Below are positions 23,171 to 35,220 of a DNA stretch of 64,000 bases, piece after piece. The position numbers and the translations under genes are program-made. The notes beneath the pieces were generated by a model. The model made no database searches. It worked only from the letters and a program-made list of their open reading frames with translations, and was not told the DNA's origin. The DNA is from Marsupella aquatica. Lineage: Eukaryota; Plantae; Marchantiophyta. The stretch spans positions 20,277,224 to 20,341,223 of the forward strand of contig OZ316897.1 in the NCBI GenBank assembly GCA_973895155.1, given 5' to 3'. Within the stretch, counting starts at the first letter, position 1; the number at the start of each line of letters is the position of its first letter.

Positions 23171-26100
23171 GCATTTTCGACACTTTCAGCAGTATCCATT
23201 CACTTTTCAAGGATGACCGTCATTAAATTTATTCAAGACCCTTTAGATATGAAAGGGCAATCCATGTCCTTTCAGTATCTCAGTCTCCTTGGGTTCCTGC
23301 TAGCCTATATGAAGTAGAATTTGTGTCATTTTCAAGTGTGAAGAAATAAAGTAGTGCCTGTGGCATGTGCTGCAGTACTGTAATCACCTTTGCAAAGCTT
23401 CCGTGTATTTTCGTATGGTATGGAGCTTGCAAATACAAAGGAATTCTTCTCCCTTCCTTGGTCTGAATGATTGAGAGTTTAGATCATTGAAGTAAAATTA
23501 CTTGTATAAAGTTGAATCTCAGAAGTATGAGGGAATAGATTCCTTAAGTGGTGACAACCCATCTTCTTGAGTTCTTAATGCATAGTTTTTGGCGTGACAT
23601 TGCTTGTGCATGGGATGCAAAGATTGTTACTCACCAATTACCTGTGACTTCAATTTGATCATGATGGTGTTTATTATTCGTGACTCAGAGTACCGACTGG
23701 ATATCGAAGTGATTGATTACTAGTTTCTTCTGAGTACCTTTGGAAGGAAAGGTTGAGACGTGTTGACGGCATTTTAGTAATCATCCTAGTACAGTAATCC
23801 ATTCCAAAAATGTTCTTACGGATATACCACCCAAATCACATCAAATGAAGTATTGATGAGAAGTTACCTTGGTGTTTTCCAGACTCCCTTATCATACCTC
23901 AAGATTTCATTGTGTTTTGTTATTTGTTTCCATTTTATTAATTGCATTTACAATGTTAAGCAAACATTCAAATCTATGCCTTGCTGAGCAATCATAGTAA
24001 AAGGCTCAAACCTGTGTTTTTGTTACCTTAGTCATTCATAAATGTTAAATGATAGAAAATCATTTCTTTCTTGTTCTTCCATGGGATCGAATACCGAGTT
24101 TTGGACATTAAATGCTGATTTATGTCTTTAGTACAATACTACACCTGCCTGGTTGTCAGCAGCCGTTGATGCATTTCCTTCTGGATTGATGGGAATGTCA
24201 GGCAATCCGTCGGCTTCCCCACGAGTCAATTTGTTAGTTTCAGCTTCATTTGAATCTCCAAGCCTCGTTGCGCCTTCGTTGATCAGATTGGTTGAAGAAA
24301 GATGATCAAACATATCAACCCTTGCTCCTTCCAGTTGCTCCATCTGTCCTCCCGGCGTTGTTGGATTGGGATCATCCTTGTCCAAGTTATCATCAACTTG
24401 AACTTCATTGGGCCCCGGAGGGATGTCATCTAAACCAGATGAACGGTTTGGTGCAAGTCCAATATCATCATCTACATCGTAAGGCTCACCTTGACCAACA
24501 CGGTCATCCAAATTCTTGACATATGCCTCCTCTGATGCCTCTACGCCTTTAGCCACTTTGTCAGCAACATCATCAGACTCAGAACCGTCGGATTCAACAG
24601 CGACAGCTACAGCCGCAATAGTGGTAGCCCATTGTCGAGAATTTTCAGCAAGTGATTCACAATGGGCTTTAAGTGAGGGAACTCTCTCGCAAAGGTAGGA
24701 AGCAAAAGCTTCCACAAAATGCCTCTCGGACTGAGAGTCACAATAAACAAAGCATTCCCTATCGCAAAAAAATGATGTCTTCATGACTTGGCCACCGGAG
24801 AAAAAATCTAGAACCAAATCTCCCGGTTCTGATAAGGATTCAATAATCCTTCGGATCATCCGCGTGGGTTTGGCATGAGGATTAACCCATCCTCCGCGAC
24901 TACCAACTGTCTCAAATCGAGGGGCCATATTCATAATCTTGACGGCCTCTTCCGGGTCCAAAACCACTTTTAGGTTGTCGTTTTGTGTCCCCTCATCTGA
25001 TTCCTTAGCTTTCCCCTTTCCCTTGTCGATCTTGCATACTTCATAATCAACATCCTTTGAAGTATACAAGAATTTTGGCTTTGGATAGTTGGGCTTGAAA
25101 ACTTCATTCCAATTGACGTCTTCATCTCGAGAAATCCCTGCAAAGATAACTTCTTCAATCCCTCCACCCCAACATGAGTCATGAGGGTGCGGTTGATCAT
25201 CTCGGGAATAACTCCCATACTCAATGTGAATGGTCAAAGCTTTCTCTTGTCCCAATTTACGAAGGGCACCATGGACATTCAGTGCAAGTTGTCCAGGATG
25301 AACTGTTATCGTCACCACAATCGTGGGATTTTGTGGAAGCTCCACAATGTATTCAAAGAGAACAAGAATCTTTGCTTCAGTCCACTGTTTTTGCGGAAGC
25401 CGGCTAAAATCAACAATGGCAAGAGGGCAGGTCGGAGGAGCTTCTTGCAATGACTCTGGATCAATGGTCTTCATGAGATTGTCGCTAAAAAATGTAACCC
25501 ATGGTAGGGTCCGAGAACGTGATCCTCCGCCAAATCTCTGGCAGTATATATCATCTAGGCGGAATACCAATGTCGTCGGCAAGATTGCGCTCTCCCGCGT
25601 ATGATTTGGCTTTAAAAGGTTGGCAAGATAGACCTCGCCAGCGGCTCTTCGACACCTGCTGAACTCTGAATCAATTGCTAGCGTAGGAAGAACCTCAACT
25701 ACTTTCCCCCAATTAGTATTTGTCGGGAAATTCACCGCATCCTTGGTGCAATAGTAGTCTTCAATAAGGGACTTGAGTTTCCGCACGATCTTCACATCTT
25801 TGGCCAACTCCTCTATAGATGGCATGTCTGATTTATTAGAGGCATCTTTCTTTAGCAATACCTTTCCTGACTTCACCCGCGTCAGTATTCTTGTGATGTC
25901 TCGTTGTGAGATCAACTCACCATCAAAACAACGAAACATGGCAACAGTAATTGCTTTTTCAGACTTCTCATTTCCTTCTACACCAGCTCCATCGGGAAGT
26001 TTCCCATCCAACCACAATTGGCATACCAAACTCCATAAATCAAAAAGAGCATTGTCGACAAACAGTAACCAGTAGACATTACGACAATCTTTCCTTCCCA

Positions 26101-26192
26101 TGGTCATTCTTGCAAGAGCCAACCAATCCTACAATTGCAAAGGAAAGTCTGTTAGTTCTCCATAACTCAATTGTTTGAAAGCACTCAGGTGC

Positions 26193-26535
26193 GGACTGAG
26201 ACCATCCCAGTCCAACACAGAACTAGACAGTATCAGTGGAAATATTATATTGAATGTGCATGATTTAGTTTGGACTAGGACCATCCCAATCCAAAACAAA
26301 ACTAGACGGTATCAGTGGAGAAATATTCTACTGAATGTGCATGAATCCATTTGGACTGGGACCATCCCAGTCCAACACAAAACTAGACAATATCAGTGGA
26401 AATAGTCTATTGAATGTGCATGAATCCATTTGGACTGGGACCATCCCAGTCCAACACAAAACTAGACGATATCAGTGGAAATATTCTACTGAATGTGAAT
26501 GTATCCATTTGGACTCGGACCATCTCAATCCAAAG
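26193..26535. repeat. Five 79-81-bp tandem units, each containing the palindrome GGACTGGGA-CCA-TCCCAGTCC (intron 2 of the ParB-MTase gene)
   Basis: Palindrome starts at 26193, 26272, 26353, 26432 and 26511. Confidence 0.9.
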
Positions 26536-28414
26536 CAAACTTGAAGCTTTGTGGTCAAAGACTACCATCTCAATTGTAATCACACATGGAGAGTCTACGG
26601 TATTGTACCAATCAAGCAGTAACACTTCGTACCTAAATTTTTTGATTGTCTTGAGCGTTTGTTTTGTTGTCCCCATGTTTTGGCCGGCTAGGTTTTCCAC
26701 ATTCCACAAATTGCCGCCTAGCATGAACGACTGTATCTTTGAAGCATGACTGAAACACCATCGTGCTATTGATAGCATTAGATCGCATTGAATGCTCAAC
26801 TAATATTGACGATGGTGTTCGATGAGATAATATTCTTGACTTTCGAAATTCCAGCTTTTTTGCCAATGCTGTTAGCTTGGCATCCTTGTTTGCCCATTCT
26901 CGAATCCATCTGGCTGCTCTGGCCGAATGTTGACCGCTAATGGCAAGGAATTGAACCTCCCCCTTTTTCACGGCTGCTACAAAGTCCCTCCTATCTGATT
27001 CCGTGTTGTCATATTGCATTAGGTTTCTATGTTTTGTAGTGTAAGGAATCAAGTCTGCTATGTGTGGTTCATGCCCCGGATTTCTTATCATGGAATTGGC
27101 CACCTCCTTTACATGGTCTGCATTCAACATTCTGTAACAGAGTCTTGCCGACGCAGGGAAAATACTCTCTACGGGAATAGAAAATATCGAATTGATCCCA
27201 AACGTATAATATTGCTCCATTTGTTGCAGTACCTCATTACCTTCTAAGACCTTCTTCTCCTCAGGAGCGTCCAACTGCTCGTCCATATCTTGTGAATGCA
27301 CTGTCAGGTTTTCTGTAGTGTCATCCATGATGGCACTGTCAATTTTCTATTTCTTCTTTTGTCTTGGCCTCTTTTCACTTGCACTTGGCTTCTCAACCGG
27401 ACGTTTCTTCTCAACTGGCTTCTCAACTTGGCTTCTCGTACTCGGGTTCTCAACTGGCTTCTGAACTCGGCTTCTCGTACTCGGCTTCTCGTACTCGGCT
27501 TCTCGTACTCGGCTTCTCAACCGGCTTCTCAACTGGAAGTTTCTTTTCAACCGGAGGTTTCCTTTGGCTTTGTTTTTGTTTTCCCACTGCTCTTTGAGAG
27601 GTTGCTGCTGTAGTTCCCGCGGTCTCTGTTGTAGGTTCTGGAGCTTTCTCTGGCGCCTTCTCGGGCACAGGGTTTGTATTCACCGTTGGAAGGTTTCTCG
27701 TCTTTGACAAAGATTCTATCCATTGCTTTGCTTTGACTAAATCAAAGTTGGGATCAAATGCAACATCCTTATCAATTAAAACACCAGGCTCCTCTGACTC
27801 CAACGATAACAATCCAACTTTCTCAAGTAAATTGCTTAACGTCCAAGTAGTTTCAAAAGAGAAATTGCCTTGGTGCTTCATCATGTTGAGTTTCAAATAT
27901 TGAAACCCATACATAATGTCGACTGGAAGCATACCAGTTACCCCGATGACCAACTTCTTTGTGTCATATGTCTTTGGAAAAAATCCCATTGACAAAACGC
28001 TCAATTCACCACTTGCGTGCCATTCGACATTGAATTCTGAGGAGTATGCCTTTGACATAAGGTTAACTTTAACCCAGCATGACCTATCGTGCATCTCCAG
28101 AATGACTGAATTCATCCCTCTCCCTCCAATGCCAACAGAGACCACAGGTCCGCAAACCAAAGTCAGGCTATCATTTGCTCTGCACTTTAAGGTCAAAACA
28201 GGTTCAATCATGCTTGATGGCACTTCATTATTAAGCGGGGTTCTTGAGAACTCAAGCCCCCATCGGAAGCCTGGGGATCTCTCATCTAGTAAGAATCCGT
28301 CCCGGCAGTCGGTCGGTGCAATCGCGGGTTTGAAACCAACAAGATCGCTCCCTGCATCATAAAAACGCCATCCATGTTAGACTTATTAAGTTTAAAACAT
28401 TTGAATAACTCTTG

Positions 28415-28755
28415 TTGGATTAGGATGGTCCTAGTCCAACTTGAGATGGTTTTAGACTTGCTCCTACAATCGAGATTCAATCTCCTGGATGGATTAGGAT
28501 CATCCGAGTCCAAGTTTGGATTGGGATCATCCGAGTCCACGTTTGAATTAGGATCATCTGAGTCCAAGTTCGGATTGGGATCATCCGAGTCCAACTTTGG
28601 ACTGGGATCATCCGAGTCCAACTTTGGATTGGGATCATCCGAGTCCATGTTTGGATTAGGATCATCTGAGTCCAAGTTTGGATTGGGATGGTCCGAGTCC
28701 AAGTTTGGATTGGGATCATCCGAGTCCAACTTTGGACTCGGATGGTCCCAGTCCT
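28415..28755. repeat. 27-bp tandem array of the same palindrome (intron 1 of the ParB-MTase gene)
   Basis: About 10 units of ggattgggatcatccgagtccaa(g/c)ttt at 28491-28755, plus a degenerate copy near 28417. Confidence 0.92.
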
Positions 28756-29984
28756 CTAAGACTTAGGGAGGATAGGTGATGGATACTTACTAGGGATTCT
28801 TGATTGAAATTGTCTGGAGTCTTCAAGTGCCAGTTCTACACTGTCGCTCATAGAGGAGAGGTCAAACTCCTCTGTTGCTTCCACGGAGGACTTCACAAGG
28901 ACGCGATTCGCTTCCATCTTTCTGACACGTGGCAGAGTGACACGTGGCTTCTTAGCAGGCGTCCGATTTAGGGCAATGAAAAAGAATGGAGGTGGAGGCG
29001 GAAGCAGGCGGAGGCGGGGAGGCGGAGAGAGAGCGGAGAGCAAAGAGCGAGGAGAGCGAGCGAGTGGAGGCAAAGAGCAGAGAGCGGAGGCGGAGAGTGG
29101 AGAGCATGAGCAGAGTGAGGAGCGAAAGAGTGAGAATGAGAATGAGGTCCTGGCTGGACCTCTCCGTCCCTTTACCCCCTCCTGCCTCACCCCGGCCTGC
29201 GTACGGCCGGTTGCCTCCTTCTCCTACGTACGGCCTGATAGTGCGTACGGCCTGCTCCTGCGTACGGCCCGTTGCCCGCACCCTGCATACGGGCCTCCTT
29301 CCTTGATGTCCTGCCTACCTAACAGCCTTGCACGGTAGTCCCCGCGCAATTATGCTCGTGAAGATAAGGTGTGCCGCAAGCTAAGGTGAAGGGGTACTCA
29401 ACCCTTATCTTCACGCGATTTTTGTTTGAGCCGACTCGAGCAAAGGGTATATTTCGGGAGACACCCACTTCGGAGCTCATTCTTGTTCTAGTTTCCCAAA
29501 TCTAAGCTCCATGTAATCCGGAGTTTCTCTTAACTTTAGTGTTATATATTGAGCCACTTACCTTCAATGGGTCAGCTTAGCCAGCTTCTTGACTTTTGGG
29601 GTCCTCTCAGTTTATCTTTTACAGACATGTGTGGTTTAGGGTTCAATTTGTTTTTTACTCCCAAGATTTAGTGGCATATAGCTTGTATTTCAGGGTTCTG
29701 GGAAAGTTTTTACCAATCTACAGACAACAATGTATCCCCCTTGGATGTGATATTCATATTCTACCAGATCTTAATACTAAGGTGAGTATAAGGTTAATGC
29801 ATTCAAATATAAGGCTAGGTTTCATTATTTCATGAAACTGTATGTAGACATTAGGGTCTACCTTAAGACCACGCAAACTTTAGGCTACACCATATAGGGA
29901 GATCCGTAAAATACGGAGTCTTCCTAAATTTGGAATTTTCTTAGCTTAAAATGTTTGAAGTTTATCTCCCGTTACATTATGGGT

Positions 29985-30780
29985 TGGTCTAGGATGGTCC
30001 TAGTCCAAGTTTGGATTCGGATGTGGACTAGGATCATCCGAGTCCAACTTTGGATTGGGATCATCCGAGTCCAACTTTGGATTGGGATCATCCGAGTCCA
30101 ACTTTGCATTGGGATCATCCGAGTCCAACTTTGGATTGGGATGGTCTGAGTCCAAGTTTAAACTTGGATGGTCCAAGTCCTAGTTTGGATTGGGATGGTC
30201 CGAGTCCAAGTTTGGACTTGGATGGTCCAAGTCCTAGTTTGGATTGGGATGGTCCGAGTCCAAGTTTGGATTAGGATGGTTCAAGTCCAACTTTGGATTG
30301 GGATGGTCCGAGTCCAAGTTTGGACTTGGATGGTCCAAGTCCTAGTTTGGATTGGGATGGTCCGAGTCCAACTTTGGATTGGGATGGTCCGAGTCCTAGT
30401 TTGGATTGGGATGGTCCTAGTCCAACTTTGGACTGGGATGGTCCCAGTCCAAATCCAGACTCGGATGGTCCCAGTCCAAATCCAGAATCGGAGGATCGTA
30501 CTCCAAATCCAGACTCGGAGGATTCCAGTCCAAATCCGGACTCAGATGGTCCCAGTCCAAATCCATAATCAGAGGATCGTAGTCCAAATCTAGACTCGGA
30601 GGATTGCAGTCCAAATCCGGACTTGGATGGTCCCGGTCAAAATCCGGACTCGGATGGTCCTAGTCCAAATCCAGAATCAGAGGATCGTAGTCCAAATCCG
30701 GACTTGGATGGTCCCGGTCCAAATCCGGAATTGAAGGATCGTAGTCCAAATCCAGACTTTCAGGATCGCAGTCTGAATCA
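29985..30780. repeat. 27-bp tandem array of the same palindrome (predicted 5' intron of the transposase gene)
   Basis: Roughly 28 units, changing from ggattgggatcatccgagtccaacttt to agactcggatggtcccagtccaaatcc along the array. Lies between donor gtgagt (29782) and acceptor tgcag (30825). Confidence 0.92.
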
Positions 30781-30840
30781 AAATTTGCATGACTTTGGTT
30801 TTAATCCATTTTTTTCAGTGTGCAGGATAATAGGAAAAGG

Positions 30841-33800
30841 ATGTCTCAAAGGTTTTCTAGGGGCGATGATGTGACCTTGACAATGGATGGTTACGACGTT
30901 GGAAATGGGACAGTTCAAAAGACAGATCCGCAAGAGAGTGTTCAAAATATTGTGCTTGGAGAGAATCGAATTGGGGTTCTCATTGAGAAGGCCTTTGGTG
31001 AGACCAGGAAGCTCCCTTTTCCAATGCCTAGGGCGGAAAATCTTCATGATGCCATTGACTCATGTGTCATTTGGGATATGTCATGTGCATATCGATCTGC
31101 AGATAAGATTACTCAAAAACGCATCAGTATTGGTAGTTGTTCGACTCGAAAAGATAACAACATCCATAATTCTGCAAATGTACAGGAGGATGCTTCGACC
31201 ACCCTAAGGCCAGGTGATGAGGTTGAAATGTTTATCTCTGGCCATTGTGTGGCCTTTGGAGTTGTTTTCAAGACTGATCCAATGGAGAGATGTCATAACA
31301 TATTACTCGGTGAGTCTCGGGTTAGTGTAAAAATCACAGATGTGATTCATGGTAGTAAGACTTTACCTTACGCACATGGTGGAGCTGCAACAATTGAAGA
31401 GGCAAAGGGCTCCTGGGTTCTATGGGATGTGGCTGACGTCCACAATAAAGTATGGAATGTTGATATCGATGGGAGCAACAAATCTTCCTCTAAGAAGCAG
31501 AAGGACAAGGCGGATTTTGTTTCACAGTCTTGTTCGGCAAACACCACAGACACTAAGTGTGACTATTTTCATCGGGCAAACTGGATGTCAGAGTTGGTTG
31601 AACTCTACACTGGTTTGGATCGAACCAAAATGGTTGCCACGGGAACGATCACTGTCCCTCAAGTGACGGCAGCAGTTGATGATGAAATTCTTGGTGATGA
31701 CCATGTTGGGATTGCTGTGAAAGATGTCGTGGCAGCACAATACTTTCCCAACATCCACAAGGGAGTAGTGAGTTTGATTCGATGGCGGATTGATTCAACA
31801 AAACTAGTTACAAATGGAAAATTTTTGTCAGACATTTTGGTGGAAGGTTCTGAAAGGATGGACTCAATGGATAGGGATGAACTCAATGCGGATGTAAGTG
31901 ATAGAGGAGTACTGCGTTCAAGGCCCTACAATTTTAACAAGAGGAATCAAGTAGATCCAAATGAAAAGAAGAGGAGGTTGTTGGAAACCAAGGCAATTTC
32001 AAAAACAACAGAGGCGTCAATTGATGACGTGAAAAGAGAAAATTGTTGCAAGCAAAAATGTTGTCTCATTATGCCAAGGGAAAACATCGAAGATATTAGG
32101 ATGGAATTTCATGGGATGTCAAGCGAGTCAAAAACGTCACACATTTTCAACCTCTTTCACTATAGAGAGGATGATGTTCGTGATAAGGGACACCATGTTC
32201 TTAAGGGTATGGTCGTATGCAGACATGCATTTGCAATTATCCACGGTTTTAGCCACACCAAATATTATGATTACAAAAGGAGATATGTGGAGGGTTGCAA
32301 AATTGGGTTCCATGGCAATACGGGCTTGATGAAAACAAGGGCAAATACCTTGCATGCACGAGCTCTGTTGGAGGTTTTTTTGACTCGAAATGCAGAGCCC
32401 ATGCCTCATATGCCTTATGGAGGGGCACATGGGACAGACTCTATTGAGTACCGTCTTCCGGCGTGTTACAAAAAGCTAGAGATTCTGGAAGATGTGAGAA
32501 CAAAGATGAAGGAAGAAGGGCTTCCTCCTGTCACAGAGATACTCTCTACAAGATCTGGAGTAACTCATTTGCAAACTTCAGTTTTCATAAAGATGGTGCA
32601 TTTGCCAAGTGTACTCTTTGTTGTGAATACAAAGACAGTTTGATGCGAGAAAGAAGGAAAAAAGAACGTGCTGAAATTGAAGAAAAACGAGCGCAACATC
32701 TTCGTGAGCAAATGTCACGTAGATATGTTTACTACGCTCATCGAGTGATGGCCAAACAACACCCAGGAGAATATCTTTGCATTATTCACGACAAGATGGA
32801 TCAAGCAAAGACATGGATTCCAAAAATGGTTAGTACTCCTAAATCTCTTTCGGGTCATGGAATGCCGCTACCTATTGCTCTCACAGGGATGTTGACCCAC
32901 GGGAGGGATCCAGGAGTTTATGCACACTTTAGTGTCACTGGCCTTTGGCCAGGAGATGCCGATTTCACGGTGACATCCTTGGCTAAGTGTCTTCGAGACC
33001 TTGAAGAGTACAATGGAGACAAGACAGGTGACATGTTGGATGGCCTTCATTGGGAACCTCACAGACCTTTCTTTCAAGCCCTACTTGACTTTGAAGCATT
33101 TTTGACGGGTTATTTGGAACCAAAGAATATACCGGTGAATAGGTATATTGGTTCTGAAGATGGAGCTGAGAGTCGGACTGAGACCGTCCCAAACCAGCAA
33201 GATGAGGATGATGGAGAAGACATGCAAGGAGAGCAAGGCAGTCCATCGTTCAAGCCCTTGCCAAGGCACCTAACATTGCAGATGGATAATTCAGCAAAGG
33301 ACAACAAAAACCAGACTGTCATGGCATTTTGTAGCGAGCTTGTGAGTAGAGGAGTATTTGAAACTGTTCAAATGTCTTTTCTAATGGTTGGTCATACGCA
33401 TGAAGATGTTGATGCACTCTTTTCAAAGGTATCATATCAAGTTCAGCACAAAGAAGTTGCAACCCTCCTTGCTCTTATGGCAGAGGTATGGGAATGCGAG
33501 AGCATTCATCCAGTTCCCAGATTGATACAAGAAGTTGCATCTTACAAAGAATATCTTCAAACTTTCAAGGTGAAAGATATTCAAGGTCACTCAAAACCTG
33601 TATCATTTCTTTTCTCTATGAGAGATAATGTACCAATATTTCAGTATAAGTCCCATGTAAAGCAAGCTTGGGCTCCAATTGGTGGAAGGTGCATTTGGGC
33701 AACAGATCTGACAACAAATTCTCTTCTTTTACCAAGTGGAGAGCCCTTAGCTAAATCCATTGGAGAGATACACAAAAAATCTGAAGAGATTATCCCATTT

Positions 33801-34601
33801 CTTAACAAGTACCTTGATTTTTTGAGAAGGAGTTGCACTGATGAGACATCTATAGCATATAAGGAAAGATTTCCTCTTGTGAAATATTGGGAGAGAATTG
33901 TGGAGTTGTTGACAAATGGGCTCGCACTAGAAGGGGAGGGAAGTACTCAATTTCCCTTGGAAAACAGATTTTGGCCTAAGACTAACCACGGCACTGGTTA
34001 CAAGGTCAACCAACCGGAACAAAGTGGTCCTCCAAGTGAAGATGAGGAGAATGCAGAGATGACGGCTCTTCAAAATGAGGTCTTGGAAGAGATGGAAGAT
34101 CAAGCAGCACCATTTGTTGGATCTCGAGTTGAGAGAGAACAAGGACGATGGATTCCTTTACAAGATATTTGTGAAGGAAACTTTGTATTTCTTCGACCCG
34201 AGGATGACTGGGAGAATAAAAATGGTGGAGGTCATTTCTGGTTGGTGAGAGCTTTGGGTTTGGTGGACCCAAAGCATGAAGTCCCAACTACATCTTCAAC
34301 AAACCCTTCTCTGCCTCGATAGTACGCTCCAATGTTCCCAGTTGAATGGTGGAGGCCTAAACACTCTAGTAAACTTGATGTGACTGAGAGTGCGCGGTAT
34401 CTAAATTGTTTCATGTCCACTAAGACATGGGAACGAGATCCAGGGTTTGGTGAGAATACTCAACATTGGCAGTATGCAAATTCTGCAATGTATGGTTTTA
34501 AATCTGGAATGAAAGAAGAAAATATGGCGGGCAGAGGTTTGAAGATCCCTCGAAATGTTCTACAAACTGTCCAAAATTATCTTCAAAGGATGGACAAGTA
34601 G
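30841..34601 (+). pseudogene. Transposase with three Tnp1/En-Spm-like N-terminal repeats, a Cys-rich region, a DDD-type (DUF7869/Sola-like) core and a C-terminal aromatic SH3/BAH-like module; disrupted
   Basis: Core motifs IIHDKMDQ, LQMDNSAKDNKN and FLMVGHTHEDVDALFS; also CCKQKC and FAKCTLC. ORFs 30820-32643 and 32463-34322 join by a 1-nt shift at cttcctcctgtcac (about 32528). An in-frame TAG at 34320-22 separates the last part. Confidence 0.85.
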
Positions 34602-34854
34602 ACTTAGTTGTTAGAAGCTATAATAATTAAATAGATAGTTTACTAGTTTTTATGTAACTAAGATAGTCACTCATTCAAACATAGTAATTTATGTACTAGT
34701 TATTTACTATTCTAATAGTTTTAATGTGATACTATCTCCTCATTTTCTAAACTTTTGATCATTATAAATATGAATGTTTGCTTTTTCTACATAATTAAAA
34801 ATGTTTTTCTATTCATTCCTTTCTTTTAAATGATTATAATAAGAGTTGGTAGGC

Positions 34855-35220
34855 AAATGTACACTTTTTAGGCCAAATGTACACTTTATTGCACTAAAAG
34901 TTACACTTTCTAGACCAAATGCACTTAAATGTACACTTGTTAAGCCAAATGTATGCATTTTGCACTCAAATGTACACTTGTTAAGCCAAATGTATGCATT
35001 TTGCACTCAAATGTACACTTTCTAGGCCAAATGTACTCAAATGTACACTTTTAAAGCCAAATGTATCTATTTTGATGTTCAAATTTACACTTTTCATTGC
35101 CCAAATGTACACTCTTTAGGCCAATTGTAAACTTTTCTATCCCCAAATGTACACTTTTCATTGGCCAAATGTACACTTTTCCAAGCCCAAAAGTACACTT
35201 TTCACTGCCCAAATGTACAT
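34855..35220 (+). repeat. Right subterminal (CC)AAATGTACACTT motif cluster
   Basis: More than a dozen exact or degenerate copies just inside the right TIR. Confidence 0.9.

Larger units (their letters stand above)
24128..28917 (-). pseudogene. Spliced gene for an N-terminal domain + KPVE low-complexity linker + ParB/DGQHR-like domain + beta-class N4C/N6A DNA methyltransferase-like domain; exons 28917-28791, 28351-26633, 26128-24128 (about 1280 codons)
   Basis: ParB-like: RMLNADHVKEVANSM...FLAISGQHSARAA. MTase-like: VNPHAKPTRMIRRIIESLSEPGDLVLDFFSGG...R.CFVYCD. GT-AG junctions restore the frame. Lesions: a frameshift in the 14-nt repeat near 27460-27520 and in-frame TAG codons at 27347-49 and 26633-35. 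Confidence 0.75.

Noticed and set aside
28286-30874. Repetitive ORFs (DSDDPNPNL, WDGPSPSLD) and a possible CRISPR-like reading of the palindromic arrays
   Set aside because: The ORFs are translations of 27-bp intronic repeats open in several frames. The spacers are short or near-identical, and no cas genes are present.
32463-32643. Programmed -1 ribosomal frameshift in the transposase
   Set aside because: No slippery heptamer at the junction. A 1-nt deletion in cct(t)gt is simpler and the gene has another lesion.
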